Assembly: GCA_963665975.1 (NCBI GenBank)
Contig: OY762508.1
Coordinates: 2,781,456 to 2,845,455 of the forward strand
Direction of reading: 5' to 3'
DNA length: 64,000 nucleotides
From: Rhodothermales bacterium
Lineage (GTDB): Bacteria; Bacteroidota; Rhodothermia; Rhodothermales; Bin80
This document shows positions 27,751 through 39,165 of this stretch, one piece after another. How positions within the stretch are numbered: position 1 is the stretch's first letter; each line of letters begins with the position of its first letter. The notes beneath the pieces were generated by a model. The model was not told the DNA's origin. It saw nothing but the letters and a program-made list of their open reading frames with translations, and made no database searches. Both the position numbers and the translations under genes were made by a program.

Positions 27751-30018
27751 TTAGAATTCCAGCGTAAGCGACAGATTCGGCAACGGGATTGGAATCTGCG
27801 GAATGCTGGTTTTTTTGATCGTCTGGTCCGCTTCAAACCGGTGTAGTATGAACCACGTGTTGGTCCGCGCATAGGCGTTAATCACCTGGATCTGCAATTC
27901 GTAATCGGCGAAGCCGAAGAATCGCCCGCGCTTGGCGGCGCCGACATCCAACCGATGATAGGCGGGCAGCCGCGCCTGATTCAGACCGGGAGACAACAGG
28001 ACATTGGTCGAGCGTTCACCGGTAAGCGGTTCCGTTCCAAGTAGCTTGTACTGGGACTGGGGATCCGTGAACGCCTGCCCCGACGCATAGGAGAATACTC
28101 CCGTAAGCCGCCAGGATTTGCCGAGATTGAAATTGACGACAGCGCTGATATCGTGCAGGCGATCATGTTTGGGCGGATAATTACGCGGCTCGCCGTCGAT
28201 ACCAAGGTTTAGATTTGGGAATTGGCGTTGCGTCCTGCCATACGTATAGGCCAAGAAGCCGGTCGTGCGGCCATGATCTTTTTCCACCTGGATTTCAATT
28301 CCCTTTGCGGAGCCGCGACCGATATGGAAATACTGGAAATACTGGAGCCCGGCAGGATCGGGGAGAAACGGATCGAGCACGAAAAGGTCGCGCATGGTGC
28401 GAAAGTAGAACTCCGTATCCAGATGCAAGCCACTGAATAAGATGGTCTTTACGCCGAGGATGAATTGGTCGCCATAGGCGGGATTGACACGGTCAGCGCT
28501 CGTAAGCCAGAAATCGAAGCCGGAAAAGGCTTCATTGGTTATCAAGGTCTGGAACTGATAGTAGCGGCCATAGCTGCCCTGCAGTCGGACACTTTCCGAC
28601 AGGCGGCGTTCGACAGACAGGCGTGGCGCCACACGGAGATGACGGCCATTGGCGAAGTAAGTCGCCCGAAGACCGCCCTGAAGCATCCAGAGGGGCGATG
28701 GGCGGTACGTTTCTTGAGCATAGAGGGAGGCGTATGCCGATCGGATGCGCGGACTGAACGTGTCTATGCCATCGAAAGAGGACTTGAAGGGGAAGTCGAA
28801 GAATCCCGCCCAAAAGCCTCCCTCCAACTGGTGGCGTTCGCTGACGTAAAACTCCAGGTCACCCTTAACGGAGGTGTCGTAAATCCGGCTGTCCTGCCTG
28901 ATTTCCGTGCCGCCGAGCAGGATGCGTGGGGTGCTGAAGTAACGGCTTGTAGTGAGCGTGAAGTTCGAGAAAAGCCGGTCGGAAAACAGGTGCGTCCAAT
29001 TCGCGCTTAGCGTGCGATTACCATACCGCAGGTCCAGGCGTGCGTCTTCCAGGAAAGAAATATCCAGGGCGTCGGTGCCCGTGTACACCGACAATGAGAT
29101 CCTGTCATCCGGGGTCGCATCGAAGTTGACCTTGCCATTGATGTCCAAAAAATGAAAGGCATCCGGAATGCCATCTATATCCTTGAGAATGGCCAGCAAA
29201 GGCTCCAGCGTAGAGCGCCGCACGGCGAGCATCCACGACCCACGCGCATAGGGGCCTTCGATGATCGCCCTGGAGGCCAACAGACCCAGCGTTCCCGCTG
29301 CCTTGAACTCACGGCGATTACCGTCCTTGTTATACACGTCAAGCACGGCTCCTATACGCCCTCCATAGGAAGCGGGGAAGCCTCCCTTGTAGAGCCGCAC
29401 ATCCTTTATGGCATCCGGGTTGAATGTGGAGAAGAATCCGAAGACGTGAGTCGGATTGTAAACCGTTGTCCGATCAAGCAGAATCAGCGTCTGGCCCGGA
29501 TCGCCGCCTCGTATGTAGAGCCCACTGGAATAATCGGAAGCAGCCTTGACACCCGGCAAGAGTTGCAAACTTCGGAATACATCCGCCTCGAGAATCGACG
29601 GCAACTGCTTGATGGTGGCGACCTTCATCTGGCCAACACCAATGTTGCGCGCCTCCTCTTCGGCGGCGCGATTGGCAGACACCACGACTTCGCCTGCCAG
29701 CAAATCTTGCGGGACAAGCTCAATATCGAGTCGCCGGCTTTCGCCATCGGCAAGGGTTACCTCCAACTCCTGGGTCTGGAAGCCGATATAGGAGCCCACG
29801 ATCGTGTACATACCCGGCGCAAGTCCGGTCAGTGTATAGTATCCGGCCGTGTTGGTGGCTGCACCGATTGTGGTGCCCGCAACCGTGACATTCGCCAACA
29901 GCAATGTTTCCCCCGAGGAAGCATCGGTTACGAAGCCACTAATGGATGTTGTCTGTTGCGCGACAGCGGCCGAGACTCCACAGAACATCAACACCAATGC
30001 CGCAATGGAGCGTCGCAT
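27751..30018 (-). CDS. TonB-dependent-receptor-like barrel with CarboxypepD_reg domain
   Basis: QQTTSISGFVTDASSGETLLLANVTVAGTTIGAATNTAGYYTLTGLAPGMYTIVGSYIGF (CarboxypepD_reg), then a plug region (LPGVKAASDYSSGLYIRGGDPGQTLILLD) and a terminal LSLTLEF. Confidence 0.85.
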   Translation of the reverse strand: MRRSIAALVLMFCGVSAAVAQQTTSISGFVTDASSGETLLLANVTVAGTTIGAATNTAGYYTLTGLAPGMYTIVGSYIGFQTQELEVTLADGESRRLDIELVPQDLLAGEVVVSANRAAEEEARNIGVGQMKVATIKQLPSILEADVFRSLQLLPGVKAASDYSSGLYIRGGDPGQTLILLDRTTVYNPTHVFGFFSTFNPDAIKDVRLYKGGFPASYGGRIGAVLDVYNKDGNRREFKAAGTLGLLASRAIIEGPYARGSWMLAVRRSTLEPLLAILKDIDGIPDAFHFLDINGKVNFDATPDDRISLSVYTGTDALDISFLEDARLDLRYGNRTLSANWTHLFSDRLFSNFTLTTSRYFSTPRILLGGTEIRQDSRIYDTSVKGDLEFYVSERHQLEGGFWAGFFDFPFKSSFDGIDTFSPRIRSAYASLYAQETYRPSPLWMLQGGLRATYFANGRHLRVAPRLSVERRLSESVRLQGSYGRYYQFQTLITNEAFSGFDFWLTSADRVNPAYGDQFILGVKTILFSGLHLDTEFYFRTMRDLFVLDPFLPDPAGLQYFQYFHIGRGSAKGIEIQVEKDHGRTTGFLAYTYGRTQRQFPNLNLGIDGEPRNYPPKHDRLHDISAVVNFNLGKSWRLTGVFSYASGQAFTDPQSQYKLLGTEPLTGERSTNVLLSPGLNQARLPAYHRLDVGAAKRGRFFGFADYELQIQVINAYARTNTWFILHRFEADQTIKKTSIPQIPIPLPNLSLTLEF

Positions 30019-30054
30019 TCTGCACAGAAAAGAGTGGAGAGAATTTCTGCCCGC

Positions 30055-30927
30055 TCACTTGAGCAGCAGCACGCCGAGATCTGGGTAATCTGTGATAATG
30101 CCGTCTACGCCAAGTGATTTCAGGCGTTGCATGTCTTCGAAAATATTTACGGTCCACGGAATGACGCGCATGTCACGTGCATGCGCATCCCGGAGGAGCG
30201 TGTCGGTTACGAGCTCATAATGGGGGCTATAAATGGTGGGGGCAAAACCCAGGCTATCTATAATGGCGGGCAGGGTGGCGGCACGTGCCATAAGCATTGC
30301 CGTACGCCATGAGGGGTCTATCCTGTGCCCGGCTTGCAATGTCCGCACGTCGAAACTCTGATGGATGCTGCGATCCTTGATCCCAGTCTGGACAAGCACT
30401 TCGTATAGCAGGCGCGTGAACGTTTCCGGATCGGGTGTAAAAACGCCATCCCAGGACGGCCGGGACTTGGTTTCGATATTATACCACAAGGGAGATGCGC
30501 CGCGTGCACTGGCATGCTGTTCGGCAGAGGCGATGACATCTGCCAGGCGCGGCTTCGAAGCTGCCATTGGTGCTTGACGCGGAAAGCGCGGGTTGCCCCG
30601 GCTTCCGCAATCATAGCGCGCAATTTCCTCGTAGGATAGTTGGAACAGATTATGATTCGTGTGATCGTCGACGGGAGATCCATCTTCCAGGCTGCAAATC
30701 TCCTCGGACATCCAGGGCTCATGAGAGACCACGACCGAAGAGTCGGCTGCGACCACGACATCAAGTTCAAGCGTGGTGACACCGAGGTCTATCGCTCGAA
30801 GGAATGCCGGGATGGTATTTTCCGGCAACAGGCCGCGAGCTCCGCGATGGCCCTGCACATCGAATTGCGGCTGCGCATGCGCCATTATAGGTAGCGAACA
30901 GATCAGAACGGCGCAGAAAAGCCGCAT
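30055..30927 (-). CDS. Glycerophosphodiester phosphodiesterase (GDPD family)
   Basis: Start at MRLFCAVLICSLPIMAHAQ, then GHRGARGLLPENTIPAFLRAIDLGVTTLELDVVV...SHEPW. Confidence 0.85.
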   Translation of the reverse strand: MRLFCAVLICSLPIMAHAQPQFDVQGHRGARGLLPENTIPAFLRAIDLGVTTLELDVVVAADSSVVVSHEPWMSEEICSLEDGSPVDDHTNHNLFQLSYEEIARYDCGSRGNPRFPRQAPMAASKPRLADVIASAEQHASARGASPLWYNIETKSRPSWDGVFTPDPETFTRLLYEVLVQTGIKDRSIHQSFDVRTLQAGHRIDPSWRTAMLMARAATLPAIIDSLGFAPTIYSPHYELVTDTLLRDAHARDMRVIPWTVNIFEDMQRLKSLGVDGIITDYPDLGVLLLK

Positions 30928-31391
30928 GGCAAGTGTGAATGGTGCTCGGAGGTGTGGGAACGCATTGAGCGGCGCGTTAGGTTCGCAAATGATGCGAATT
31001 CTCCTCTCACCGTGGTATGAATTCCCTAAAAGCGGCATTTTTTCGCGTAATATCTTGGTTGCCTTCCAGCAGAGATATAATCTAATGTTGTGGTTGACGG
31101 ACTTTGAATCAATGCCGAGTCCATCACGAGATAGCGGATTGGCGCCGGCAACTTGTACTTGCCCGATAATTCATAAAAGGAATCATAGTTTAACTTAATT
31201 ATTTACAATAAAATACACAATGTAGATAAACACCATGTAAATAAACGGTAGAGAAACAGTTACACCCCACCAAGCATGGCTTTAAAGGTGCCAATTTTGT
31301 AAATTTGCTTGGTTTATCCGGCGTGCTGGGTCACGCATCGTATAAGCACATTTCAGCCTTCAATATCCCCACATTTTCCAGCTAGGAACTC

Positions 31392-33962
31392 TTGGACGAC
31401 CGCATAATTCCGATCAATATTGCGGAGGAAATGAAATCCTCCTACATCGACTATTCGATGTCTGTGATAGTGGGCCGGGCACTTCCGGATGTGCGTGACG
31501 GACTGAAGCCTGCCCACCGGCGCGTGCTGTACGGAATGAGTGAACTGGGCCTGGGTCCTGGCTCGACGTACAAGAAAAGCGCCAGGATTGTGGGCGAGGT
31601 GCTGGGCAAGTATCATCCGCACGGCGACGCTTCGGTGTATGACACGATGGTGCGCATGGCGCAGGAATTCTCTTTGCGCTATCCACTGGTCGACGGACAG
31701 GGAAACTTCGGCTCTGTTGATGGGGACTCTGCAGCGGCCATGCGGTACACGGAGGCGCGAATGACGCGTCTGGCCGACGAAATGCTGCGCGACCTTAATC
31801 AGGACACCGCAGACTTTCAAGAGAACTTCGATGGGTCTCTGGAAGAGCCCGCTGTGCTACCTGCCGCGGTCCCCAACCTGTTAGTCAATGGCGGAGACGG
31901 GATTGCGGTAGGGATGGCCACCAAGATTCCGCCGCACAACCTTGGCGAAATCGTGGATGCCGTGATCGCATACATCGACAATCCGGAGATCGACACGCTG
32001 GGCCTGATGGAATATGTTCCGGGACCAGATTTTCCGACAGGCGGCATCATATATGGACATACCGGGATTCAGGAGGCATACCATGCGGGTCGTGGACGCG
32101 TGGTTATCCGTGCCCGCATGCAGGAAGAGGAAATACGGCCGGGACGGCTGGCACTGATTATCACCGAGATCCCGTACCAGACCAATAAGAGCAGTCTGGT
32201 GGAAAAGATCGCAGGCCTCGTCCGGGACAAGCGGATCGAAGGAATCAGCGATTTGCGGGATGAGAGCGACCGCGATGGCATGCGTATTGTTATCGAGCTT
32301 CGCAAGGATGCGATGCCGCAGGTCGTGCAGAACAAGCTGTTCAAGTATTCCGATTGCCAGCGAACCTTTGGGGCGAACCTGGTTGCGCTCGTGGAAGGGC
32401 GCCCGCGCACGCTCACGCTCAAGGATGCCATCCGGCATTTTGTGAATCATCGCCACGAAGTGGTAACGAGGCGTACCCAATTCCAACTGCGCAAAGCGGA
32501 GGAGCGGGCGCATGTTCTGGAAGGTCTTACGATTGCTCTGGATTGGCTGGATGCAGTAATCACCATTATCCGCCATTCTGACGATACGGACGCAGCGCGC
32601 GTCAACCTTGTACATGGCTCTTACCCGGATCATCTGACGGCGGCCAATCTGGAGCGTCTCGGATTGGATCCCGGTGCGCCCGGTGAAACGGATCACGGTC
32701 GAGAGGTTTGGCTGACAGAAGTTCAAGCAAACGCCATTCTAGCCCTACGCCTGAGTCGGCTTACAGGGTTGGAGCGACAGAAGATTGAAACGGAATATGA
32801 AGAGGTGCGGGCAGAAATAGAGCGGTTGCGCGGCATTCTGGAAAGCGAGCCCCTTCGGATGCAGATCATTAAGGACGAACTTTCCGAGATCCGCAAGAAA
32901 TATGCGGATGAGCGCCGCAGCGAAATCGACTATTCGGGCAGCAAGGATTTTGTGGTGGAGGATCTGGTCGTGAACCGGCAAGAGGTCGTGACGATTTCAC
33001 ACCAGGGGCTCATCAAGCGCACGAGCACGAGCGAGTTCCACCAGCAGGGACGCGGCGGCGTCGGCAGACGCGGGGGTGGCCTTCGCGACGATGATTATCT
33101 GGAGCACCTTCTGGTGTCCCATACGCACGATTATCTGCTCTTTTTTACGGATCACGGGCGCTGCTACTGGTTACGCGTTTACCAGATTCCGGAAGGCAGC
33201 CGGGTGGCGAAAGGACGGTCAATCCGCAATCTGATCCAGATTGAGCGGGACGACCACGTACGCACGGTGCTGTCGGTGAGCAAGGAGGACTTTCGCGACC
33301 CGGAGTTCTTGGACAGCCGCTGGGTGCTCATGGCAACGCGCAACGGCTGGGTCAAGAAATCACCCTTGCGCGCATATAGCCGACCGAATAGAACAGGTAT
33401 CAGGGCCATCAGAATCAACGACGGAGACGAGGTAGTAGAGGCACAACTGACTGACGGAAAACAGGAAGTATTGCTGGCGTCGACCAATGGGTTTGCCACG
33501 AGATTCTCGGAGCACTTGGTGCGGTCCATGGGCCGCGTTTCCCAGGGTGTGCGCGGTATACGGCTGTCGGAGGGAGAGCATGTCGTGGGGATGGTCGTCA
33601 TTGCCGCCGAGGACGAGCGGGATTTGCTGACGCTGAGCGCCAACGGTTACGGCAAGCGGTCGCAGTTGGCAGACTATCCCACCAAGAAAACGCGCGGCAA
33701 CAGGGGCGTTTTTGCAATGAAGACAACGCCAAGAACGGGCCCACTCGTTGCAATCAAGGGTGTACTCGAAACCAGCGATCTTATGATCGTGACGGAAGGC
33801 GGCACGCTGATTCGCACACAGGTTGGGGCGATCAGCCTTCTTGGTCGCCGCACGCAGGGCGTACGCATCATCCGGCTGAAGGAGGGCGATGCCATTGCCG
33901 ACGTGACGCGCTTTATTCCCGAAGCGCCTAACGGTGTGCCGGGGGTATCCGAGGAAGAGTAG
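31392..33962 (+). CDS. gyrA: DNA gyrase subunit A
   Basis: [45 protein letters not shown]...[10 protein letters not shown], followed by C-terminal beta-pinwheel repeats. A TTG start is forced by an in-frame TAG 6 nt upstream. Confidence 0.95.
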   Translation: MDDRIIPINIAEEMKSSYIDYSMSVIVGRALPDVRDGLKPAHRRVLYGMSELGLGPGSTYKKSARIVGEVLGKYHPHGDASVYDTMVRMAQEFSLRYPLVDGQGNFGSVDGDSAAAMRYTEARMTRLADEMLRDLNQDTADFQENFDGSLEEPAVLPAAVPNLLVNGGDGIAVGMATKIPPHNLGEIVDAVIAYIDNPEIDTLGLMEYVPGPDFPTGGIIYGHTGIQEAYHAGRGRVVIRARMQEEEIRPGRLALIITEIPYQTNKSSLVEKIAGLVRDKRIEGISDLRDESDRDGMRIVIELRKDAMPQVVQNKLFKYSDCQRTFGANLVALVEGRPRTLTLKDAIRHFVNHRHEVVTRRTQFQLRKAEERAHVLEGLTIALDWLDAVITIIRHSDDTDAARVNLVHGSYPDHLTAANLERLGLDPGAPGETDHGREVWLTEVQANAILALRLSRLTGLERQKIETEYEEVRAEIERLRGILESEPLRMQIIKDELSEIRKKYADERRSEIDYSGSKDFVVEDLVVNRQEVVTISHQGLIKRTSTSEFHQQGRGGVGRRGGGLRDDDYLEHLLVSHTHDYLLFFTDHGRCYWLRVYQIPEGSRVAKGRSIRNLIQIERDDHVRTVLSVSKEDFRDPEFLDSRWVLMATRNGWVKKSPLRAYSRPNRTGIRAIRINDGDEVVEAQLTDGKQEVLLASTNGFATRFSEHLVRSMGRVSQGVRGIRLSEGEHVVGMVVIAAEDERDLLTLSANGYGKRSQLADYPTKKTRGNRGVFAMKTTPRTGPLVAIKGVLETSDLMIVTEGGTLIRTQVGAISLLGRRTQGVRIIRLKEGDAIADVTRFIPEAPNGVPGVSEEE

Positions 33963-33991
33963 GGCAAGCGTGCACGAGCGCTGGGACTTGG

Positions 33992-35335
33992 TCAGGATGC
34001 TGACAAGGTGCGGTCAAGAATGGCCAACCCCTCGTCGATCTCTGTCGTGGTGATCGTAAGGGGTGGACGGAAGCGCACCGTTCGGAGGCCGCAGCCCAGC
34101 ATAACGAGTCCTGCGTCGTAGCAGCGTTGAAGGATCCGGTCCCGTGCCTCCCGCGACGGAAGATCAAAGGCGCAGTGCAGCCCCTGACCCCGCACGTTTG
34201 CCATTGTTGCATGGTGTTGGGCCAGGGCGTGCAGCCGCTGCAGGAGGTGGCTCCCGGATTGCGCGGCATGTTCGACCAGGTGATCCTCCTCGATAATCTC
34301 CAGCGTTCGGTCAAAGCGCACCATGTCAACCAGGTTGCCACCCCATGTGGAATTGATACGGCTGGGACTTACAAAGACATGGTCGTCAACTTCGTCGAGC
34401 CTCCGACCCGCCAGAATGCCGCAGACCTGCGTCTTCTTGCCGAACACGATTATGTCCGGTTCTACGCCAGTTCTTTCAAAGGCCCAGAAGGATCCCGTAA
34501 TTCCTACGCCGCACTGTATTTCATCCAGGATGAGAAGTGCCTCATTTTCGAGGCATAGCTCTTTGAGAGCGTGCAGGAACTGCGGCCGAAAATGGTTATC
34601 GCCTCCCTCTCCCTGGATGGTTTCGAGAATAATGCATGCGATATCATCCATGCGCTCGTGGAAATGAGTCTTGGCCTGAGCGACTGCCTCGTTTTCACGC
34701 CGCTCAAGATCATTCAGATGTGCCTCCACAGGGAACCGAATCTTCGGGTTGGAAATCCGCGGCCAGTCGAACTTGGGATAGTACTTGGTCTTGCGCTTGT
34801 CAGCGGTGTTCGTAAGCGACATAGTGTAGCCGGTACGGCCGTGAAAAGCTTCTTCGAGATGTAACACCTGGTGGCCTACTTCCCGCGTATAACCCTTGCG
34901 AAGATTCTTGCGGACTTTCCAGTCAAACGCTGCCTTCAGCGCATTTTCGACGGCCAGGCCTCCTCCCGAAATGAAAAAGGCATACGGCAAATACGCTGGC
35001 ATAGCCACCCGTTCGAACGTGCGGATGAAACGCGCCATGTGCACTGTACGTATGTCGGAATTAGTGATTTTATTGAGGGCTGCCTCCATCAGGCGCTGGA
35101 GGAAATCTTCATCGCTCGTCAATTTTGGATGGTTCATCCCCAACGCACTGGATGCATAGAACCCAAAGAAGTCAATAAGCTGTCTGCCGGTGACCTGATC
35201 AAAAAGTGCTACGCCTTGGCTGCGCCGCATGTCGAGCACCATGGGCATCATGCCCTTCGCATTCAGGTGCGAAAAGAAGATGGATGCCACTTCCTCCGGG
35301 TGGATTGCAGGGGAGAGCGAGGCTGGCATAGGCAT
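33992..35335 (-). CDS. lat: Class-III aminotransferase, L-lysine 6-transaminase (LAT) family
   Basis: FGFYASSALGMNHPKL...ISGGGLAVENALKAAFDWK...ILDEIQCGVGITGSFWAFE resembles lysine epsilon-aminotransferases. The start is uncertain, either the ATG at 35335 or the TTG at 35410. Confidence 0.75.
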   Translation of the reverse strand: MPMPASLSPAIHPEEVASIFFSHLNAKGMMPMVLDMRRSQGVALFDQVTGRQLIDFFGFYASSALGMNHPKLTSDEDFLQRLMEAALNKITNSDIRTVHMARFIRTFERVAMPAYLPYAFFISGGGLAVENALKAAFDWKVRKNLRKGYTREVGHQVLHLEEAFHGRTGYTMSLTNTADKRKTKYYPKFDWPRISNPKIRFPVEAHLNDLERRENEAVAQAKTHFHERMDDIACIILETIQGEGGDNHFRPQFLHALKELCLENEALLILDEIQCGVGITGSFWAFERTGVEPDIIVFGKKTQVCGILAGRRLDEVDDHVFVSPSRINSTWGGNLVDMVRFDRTLEIIEEDHLVEHAAQSGSHLLQRLHALAQHHATMANVRGQGLHCAFDLPSREARDRILQRCYDAGLVMLGCGLRTVRFRPPLTITTTEIDEGLAILDRTLSAS

Positions 35336-35475
35336 GACTGGTTGCGGTGAATCGTGTGGCAAAGGGGATGCCTGAATAAACGTTCTCAGATGCTGCGCAT
35401 GAAGATACAAACGTAAGGTGTCAACACATGAGGATTCCCGTGTGATGGATCATCAAGCAGCGCAAGCGGTTCCTT

Positions 35476-35517
35476 CGACACGCTGATTCAAACGGACGAC
35501 ACGCTGATTCAAACGGA
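35476..35517. repeat. Perfect 21-bp tandem duplication (cgacacgctgattcaaacgga x2) in the lat/lipA divergent intergenic region
   Basis: Read directly; the second unit ends 8 nt before the lipA start. Confidence 0.9.
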
Positions 35518-35525
35518 CGCTGTAC

Positions 35526-36500
35526 GTGGTGCAAAACCCTGATAAACGTCCTTTCTACCCCGGTCAAATCAAGCTCAGCACGCAGGAAAGGGCCGGTGCA
35601 ACGGGCGATGGCGAATCCGGTTTCGTGGGACTGCCGGTCGTTGACCCCCCCCAATCCGGCTACCAGCGCCGGCCGGATTGGCTACGGGTGAAACTACCCT
35701 ACGGACCCGTCTACAAGCGCCTCGTCAATCTAATCGACGAGCACGATTTGCACACGGTGTGCCAAAGCGCACGCTGTCCGAACATGGGTGAGTGCTGGTC
35801 TGCGGGGACGGCGACATTCATGATCCTGGGCAATGTGTGCACGCGGTCGTGCGGATTTTGCGCTGTAAAGACTGGGCGTCCCGACCCCGGGTTAGACTAC
35901 GACGAGCCGCGGCGCGTCGCCGAAGCCTCACGTCTGATGGGACTGCGACACGCCGTAGTGACGTCCGTGAACAGGGACGAGCGCAAAGATGGAGGCGCCC
36001 CCATCTTTGCGGAAACCATCCGTCGTATCCGAAGCGAAATACCGGGATGCACCGTCGAGGTGCTGATTCCGGACTTCCGCGGGATTTGGGAAGCGCTCCA
36101 GGTTGTTCTGGACGAGCGCCCTGAAATTCTAAACCACAATGTCGAAACTGTCCCGCGGCTCTATCGGCGGGTGCGGCCCCAGGCGGTGTACGAACGCTCT
36201 CTTGACGTACTGGCGATTGCCAAAGATCAGGGGCTGCGCACCAAGAGCGGTATTATGGTTGGACTTGGCGAAACTGAAGAAGAAGTTCTGGCCCTTATGG
36301 ACGATTTCGTTCGCGTAGGCGTGAACGTGATGACAATCGGGCAGTACTTGCAGCCGACCAGGCTCCACCTGCCGGTCGAGGAGTATATCCATCCCGATCA
36401 GTTTCTTGCGTACAAGAAGATCGGTGAGGCCAGGGGGATTGAGCACGTGGAAAGCGGTCCGCTGGTGCGGAGCTCCTATCACGCCGAGCGTCACGTTTGA
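35526..36500 (+). CDS. lipA: Lipoyl synthase
   Basis: [13 protein letters not shown] and [10 protein letters not shown] Fe-S/radical-SAM cysteine motifs, with typical length. Confidence 0.92.
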   Translation: MVQNPDKRPFYPGQIKLSTQERAGATGDGESGFVGLPVVDPPQSGYQRRPDWLRVKLPYGPVYKRLVNLIDEHDLHTVCQSARCPNMGECWSAGTATFMILGNVCTRSCGFCAVKTGRPDPGLDYDEPRRVAEASRLMGLRHAVVTSVNRDERKDGGAPIFAETIRRIRSEIPGCTVEVLIPDFRGIWEALQVVLDERPEILNHNVETVPRLYRRVRPQAVYERSLDVLAIAKDQGLRTKSGIMVGLGETEEEVLALMDDFVRVGVNVMTIGQYLQPTRLHLPVEEYIHPDQFLAYKKIGEARGIEHVESGPLVRSSYHAERHV

Positions 36501-36509
36501 GTCTGGTGG

Positions 36510-39134
36510 CTACCGGACAGCAGCCGCGTCAAGCAGCGCGTTGAAGAATAGCTTGTACGTGCCACGCGGCTGGCCGCGGAACTGTGGACGGAAACCGAAT
36601 AGCAAGATGGCTCCATCCCCCACGCGTACGCGCACGAGAGCCGCATGGCCGCCAATCGCGTCTTCCGCGCCAAGCGCCCACCCGCTCATCAGAACGTCGT
36701 CTTCGGCATAACGGGCAATGACTTCAACAGGAGGCTCGGATCCCTCGGCAATATCCGCCACGCCGCCTTCACCCTTGGGAGACCGCCTGACCGAGCGGAA
36801 GGCCCGGCTTCGCACGAAGTAGGCTGCGGTTTCTGCCTCCATGCCATAGCCGAGTGGATGCGTGGTTTCGGTGTGCAGGCGTACGAGTGATCCCGGGATG
36901 AAGAACTTGTCGGATGCGGTGGTTGTAACCACGTTTTCGACCGGCAGTCCGAACTGTTGAATCAGGAAATCGCTAGCCCCGTCCAGCGCTACCAGTGTGC
37001 CGCCCTGTTCGACGAATTCCTGTAACCGACGGGCTCCCTCAAGTCCCATGCCTCCCGTGTAGGCGTCCGGCATCATTCCAGGCTGGTGTCCTGTCAGCAA
37101 GTCCGATGCGCTCTGGTGCGGCAAGATAATGGCGTGGTACTGCGACAGCTTACTGGCGCGCAAGTCCGCATCGTGCAGCGTGTCGATTTCGAACCCATAT
37201 GACTCCAGCAGCCAGCGCGTCCATCCCTCGTCCATGCTGGGGACCCACGACTTGTATAGTCCAATCCGAGGAGACTCCAGACGGACTAGTGCTTTCGGCG
37301 GTGCCTCGTCCAAGGCATGGAACGCTACGCCCAACTCTGCGGCAAGTGCGTGCACGCGTTCGCGCGTTCTACGCGTGCGGACGCGGACGACAAAGCTGCC
37401 CGCGCCTTCTCCCCACAGCGAATCGCTGGCCAGAAATACCCGTTCGCCGCTTCCCAGTAGACGGCTTGCCGCCTGCACGCTCGCGTTTGGGCGGTGCGAA
37501 AAACCGTAACCGAAGCCCCCTTCGCCCTTCACGACTTCCGGCGTGGGTTCAATGCGTTCTGTAACTCGCTCTGTTTGAACCTCGATGGCCTCGCCAATGC
37601 GGTCTATGCGCACACCCATCTGCATGGGCAACGTCCAGCCGGCGAGGTCATAGGGGATCTCCGGCGGTCCGCCGGGTGAACGCCGACGGTCCGGATACGT
37701 CTGTCTTTCCAATAAATCCAGGATGTATGGGCGGAATGCCTGCGCGGTGCGGATGATAAAGCTTCCCGCTTTATAGTCCTGGTCGCCAGCCTGGAATGTC
37801 TCTGTTGCGCGATCTATTTCCACACCACCCAGGCGCAGCACATTGATGAGCGCGAGATCTTCCCCGCGATTCCATTGCTTGGCAGGAACGACGTACGCCC
37901 ATGGAGTGTCATCATTTTCCGCTTCTATCGCATCTCGTCCCATGCGGTAGATATTGTGCAGAAATGTGGCCCGGCGGTCAGCCGCTAGGCGGAGCACCGC
38001 CATGGAACCGGTAATCATGTAGCGTACGGGATCCCTGAAATGAGACGGACCTCCCTCCCAGGGATGGGAATAGAAAATGTTAGTGCCATTGGTCGGATGC
38101 CCGCCGCCACGCCGTCCTGCCACAAAGGCGGGAATAGAGTCTGGATCGAAGAAACGTGGCGATGGCGTGGCATGCCCGGTTTCGGTAAGAATGCCGATCA
38201 TGTTGTGGAAATACGGAACCGTGCGCATGCCGCCGTTCCACCACATACTATAGATCACGCCAGACACCACGCCAGGCATATCCTGCATGGCGAATCGGTT
38301 GGCCATCGCCGTGCCCACCAGATTCACTCCGGTGGTCACGCCGGGATGGATGCGCGGATTCACGGGATCGGCAAACGGCGGTAGGAAAATGCGTGTCCAG
38401 CTCGGACTGGTCTGGTGATGATTGTACACGATCTGCGGATACCACGCATTGTAGAGCACATCACTTACGGCCCGTGACTCGGGCATGTTATTCATGAACC
38501 AGTCGCGGTTGTTGTCGTGGCCGACATAGTGGTGGTAGAGCCACGGGGGTCGCGTGGTTTCGTAGGGTCCACCGAGCGTCTGTTCGTACCAGGAGGCGAC
38601 GATGTCGAGCCCGTCCGGGTTCATGACGGGCATAAGGAGCAGGATGGTGTTCTCGCGGATGTGGCGCATTTCGGCCGATTCCTCGGACGCCACTCTATGG
38701 GCCAAAAGCGGTGTCATCTGAGCACCAGCCACTTCGGTGGCGTGCAGCCCGCCGTCGATCCAGACAACGGCCTTCCCGTTGTCCGCGAGCGCCTGCGCAG
38801 TAGCCTCGTCAACACGTGCGCGGGCAAGACGCTCGCTCGTCAAACGCCAGAGCTCCAATTCTCGCAAGTTCTCGGCGCTCGAGATAATCACCAGCAGGAG
38901 CGGCCGTCCCAGGACGGAGGTGCCAATTTCGCGTACCTCCACGCGGTCGCTCGCCGTATCCAACGCCTCAAAGTAGGTCAGTATCTGGCTGTAGGTCGCC
39001 AGCTTATAATCGTCGCCTGGCGTGAAGCCAAAGATGTCTTTTGGGTGGGGTAGCTCGCTTTGCGCCGACGCATTGCCGGCAGCCAGGATGCAAAGGAGCA
39101 GGATTCGCCAGGCGACACGCATAGGTGACAGCAT
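36510..39134 (-). CDS. M14-family zinc carboxypeptidase-like protein with a large C-terminal extension
   Basis: Start at MLSPMRVAWRILLLCILAAGNASAQ. H-x-x-E zinc motif (GGLHATEVAG) and NPDG in an M14-like context. The start is chosen to avoid overlap with the upstream sulfatase stop. Confidence 0.75.
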   Translation of the reverse strand: MLSPMRVAWRILLLCILAAGNASAQSELPHPKDIFGFTPGDDYKLATYSQILTYFEALDTASDRVEVREIGTSVLGRPLLLVIISSAENLRELELWRLTSERLARARVDEATAQALADNGKAVVWIDGGLHATEVAGAQMTPLLAHRVASEESAEMRHIRENTILLLMPVMNPDGLDIVASWYEQTLGGPYETTRPPWLYHHYVGHDNNRDWFMNNMPESRAVSDVLYNAWYPQIVYNHHQTSPSWTRIFLPPFADPVNPRIHPGVTTGVNLVGTAMANRFAMQDMPGVVSGVIYSMWWNGGMRTVPYFHNMIGILTETGHATPSPRFFDPDSIPAFVAGRRGGGHPTNGTNIFYSHPWEGGPSHFRDPVRYMITGSMAVLRLAADRRATFLHNIYRMGRDAIEAENDDTPWAYVVPAKQWNRGEDLALINVLRLGGVEIDRATETFQAGDQDYKAGSFIIRTAQAFRPYILDLLERQTYPDRRRSPGGPPEIPYDLAGWTLPMQMGVRIDRIGEAIEVQTERVTERIEPTPEVVKGEGGFGYGFSHRPNASVQAASRLLGSGERVFLASDSLWGEGAGSFVVRVRTRRTRERVHALAAELGVAFHALDEAPPKALVRLESPRIGLYKSWVPSMDEGWTRWLLESYGFEIDTLHDADLRASKLSQYHAIILPHQSASDLLTGHQPGMMPDAYTGGMGLEGARRLQEFVEQGGTLVALDGASDFLIQQFGLPVENVVTTTASDKFFIPGSLVRLHTETTHPLGYGMEAETAAYFVRSRAFRSVRRSPKGEGGVADIAEGSEPPVEVIARYAEDDVLMSGWALGAEDAIGGHAALVRVRVGDGAILLFGFRPQFRGQPRGTYKLFFNALLDAAAVR

Positions 39135-39165
39135 TGCAGTGAAGAGAAACGGCCGAAATGCGTGT

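Noticed and set aside
31300-31307. TAAATTTG, a match to the Bacteroidota -7 promoter motif TAnnTTTG, in the AT-rich region upstream of gyrA
   Set aside because: There is no clear -33 TTG at the expected spacing, and it is uncertain whether this lineage uses that promoter type. It is too weak to call.
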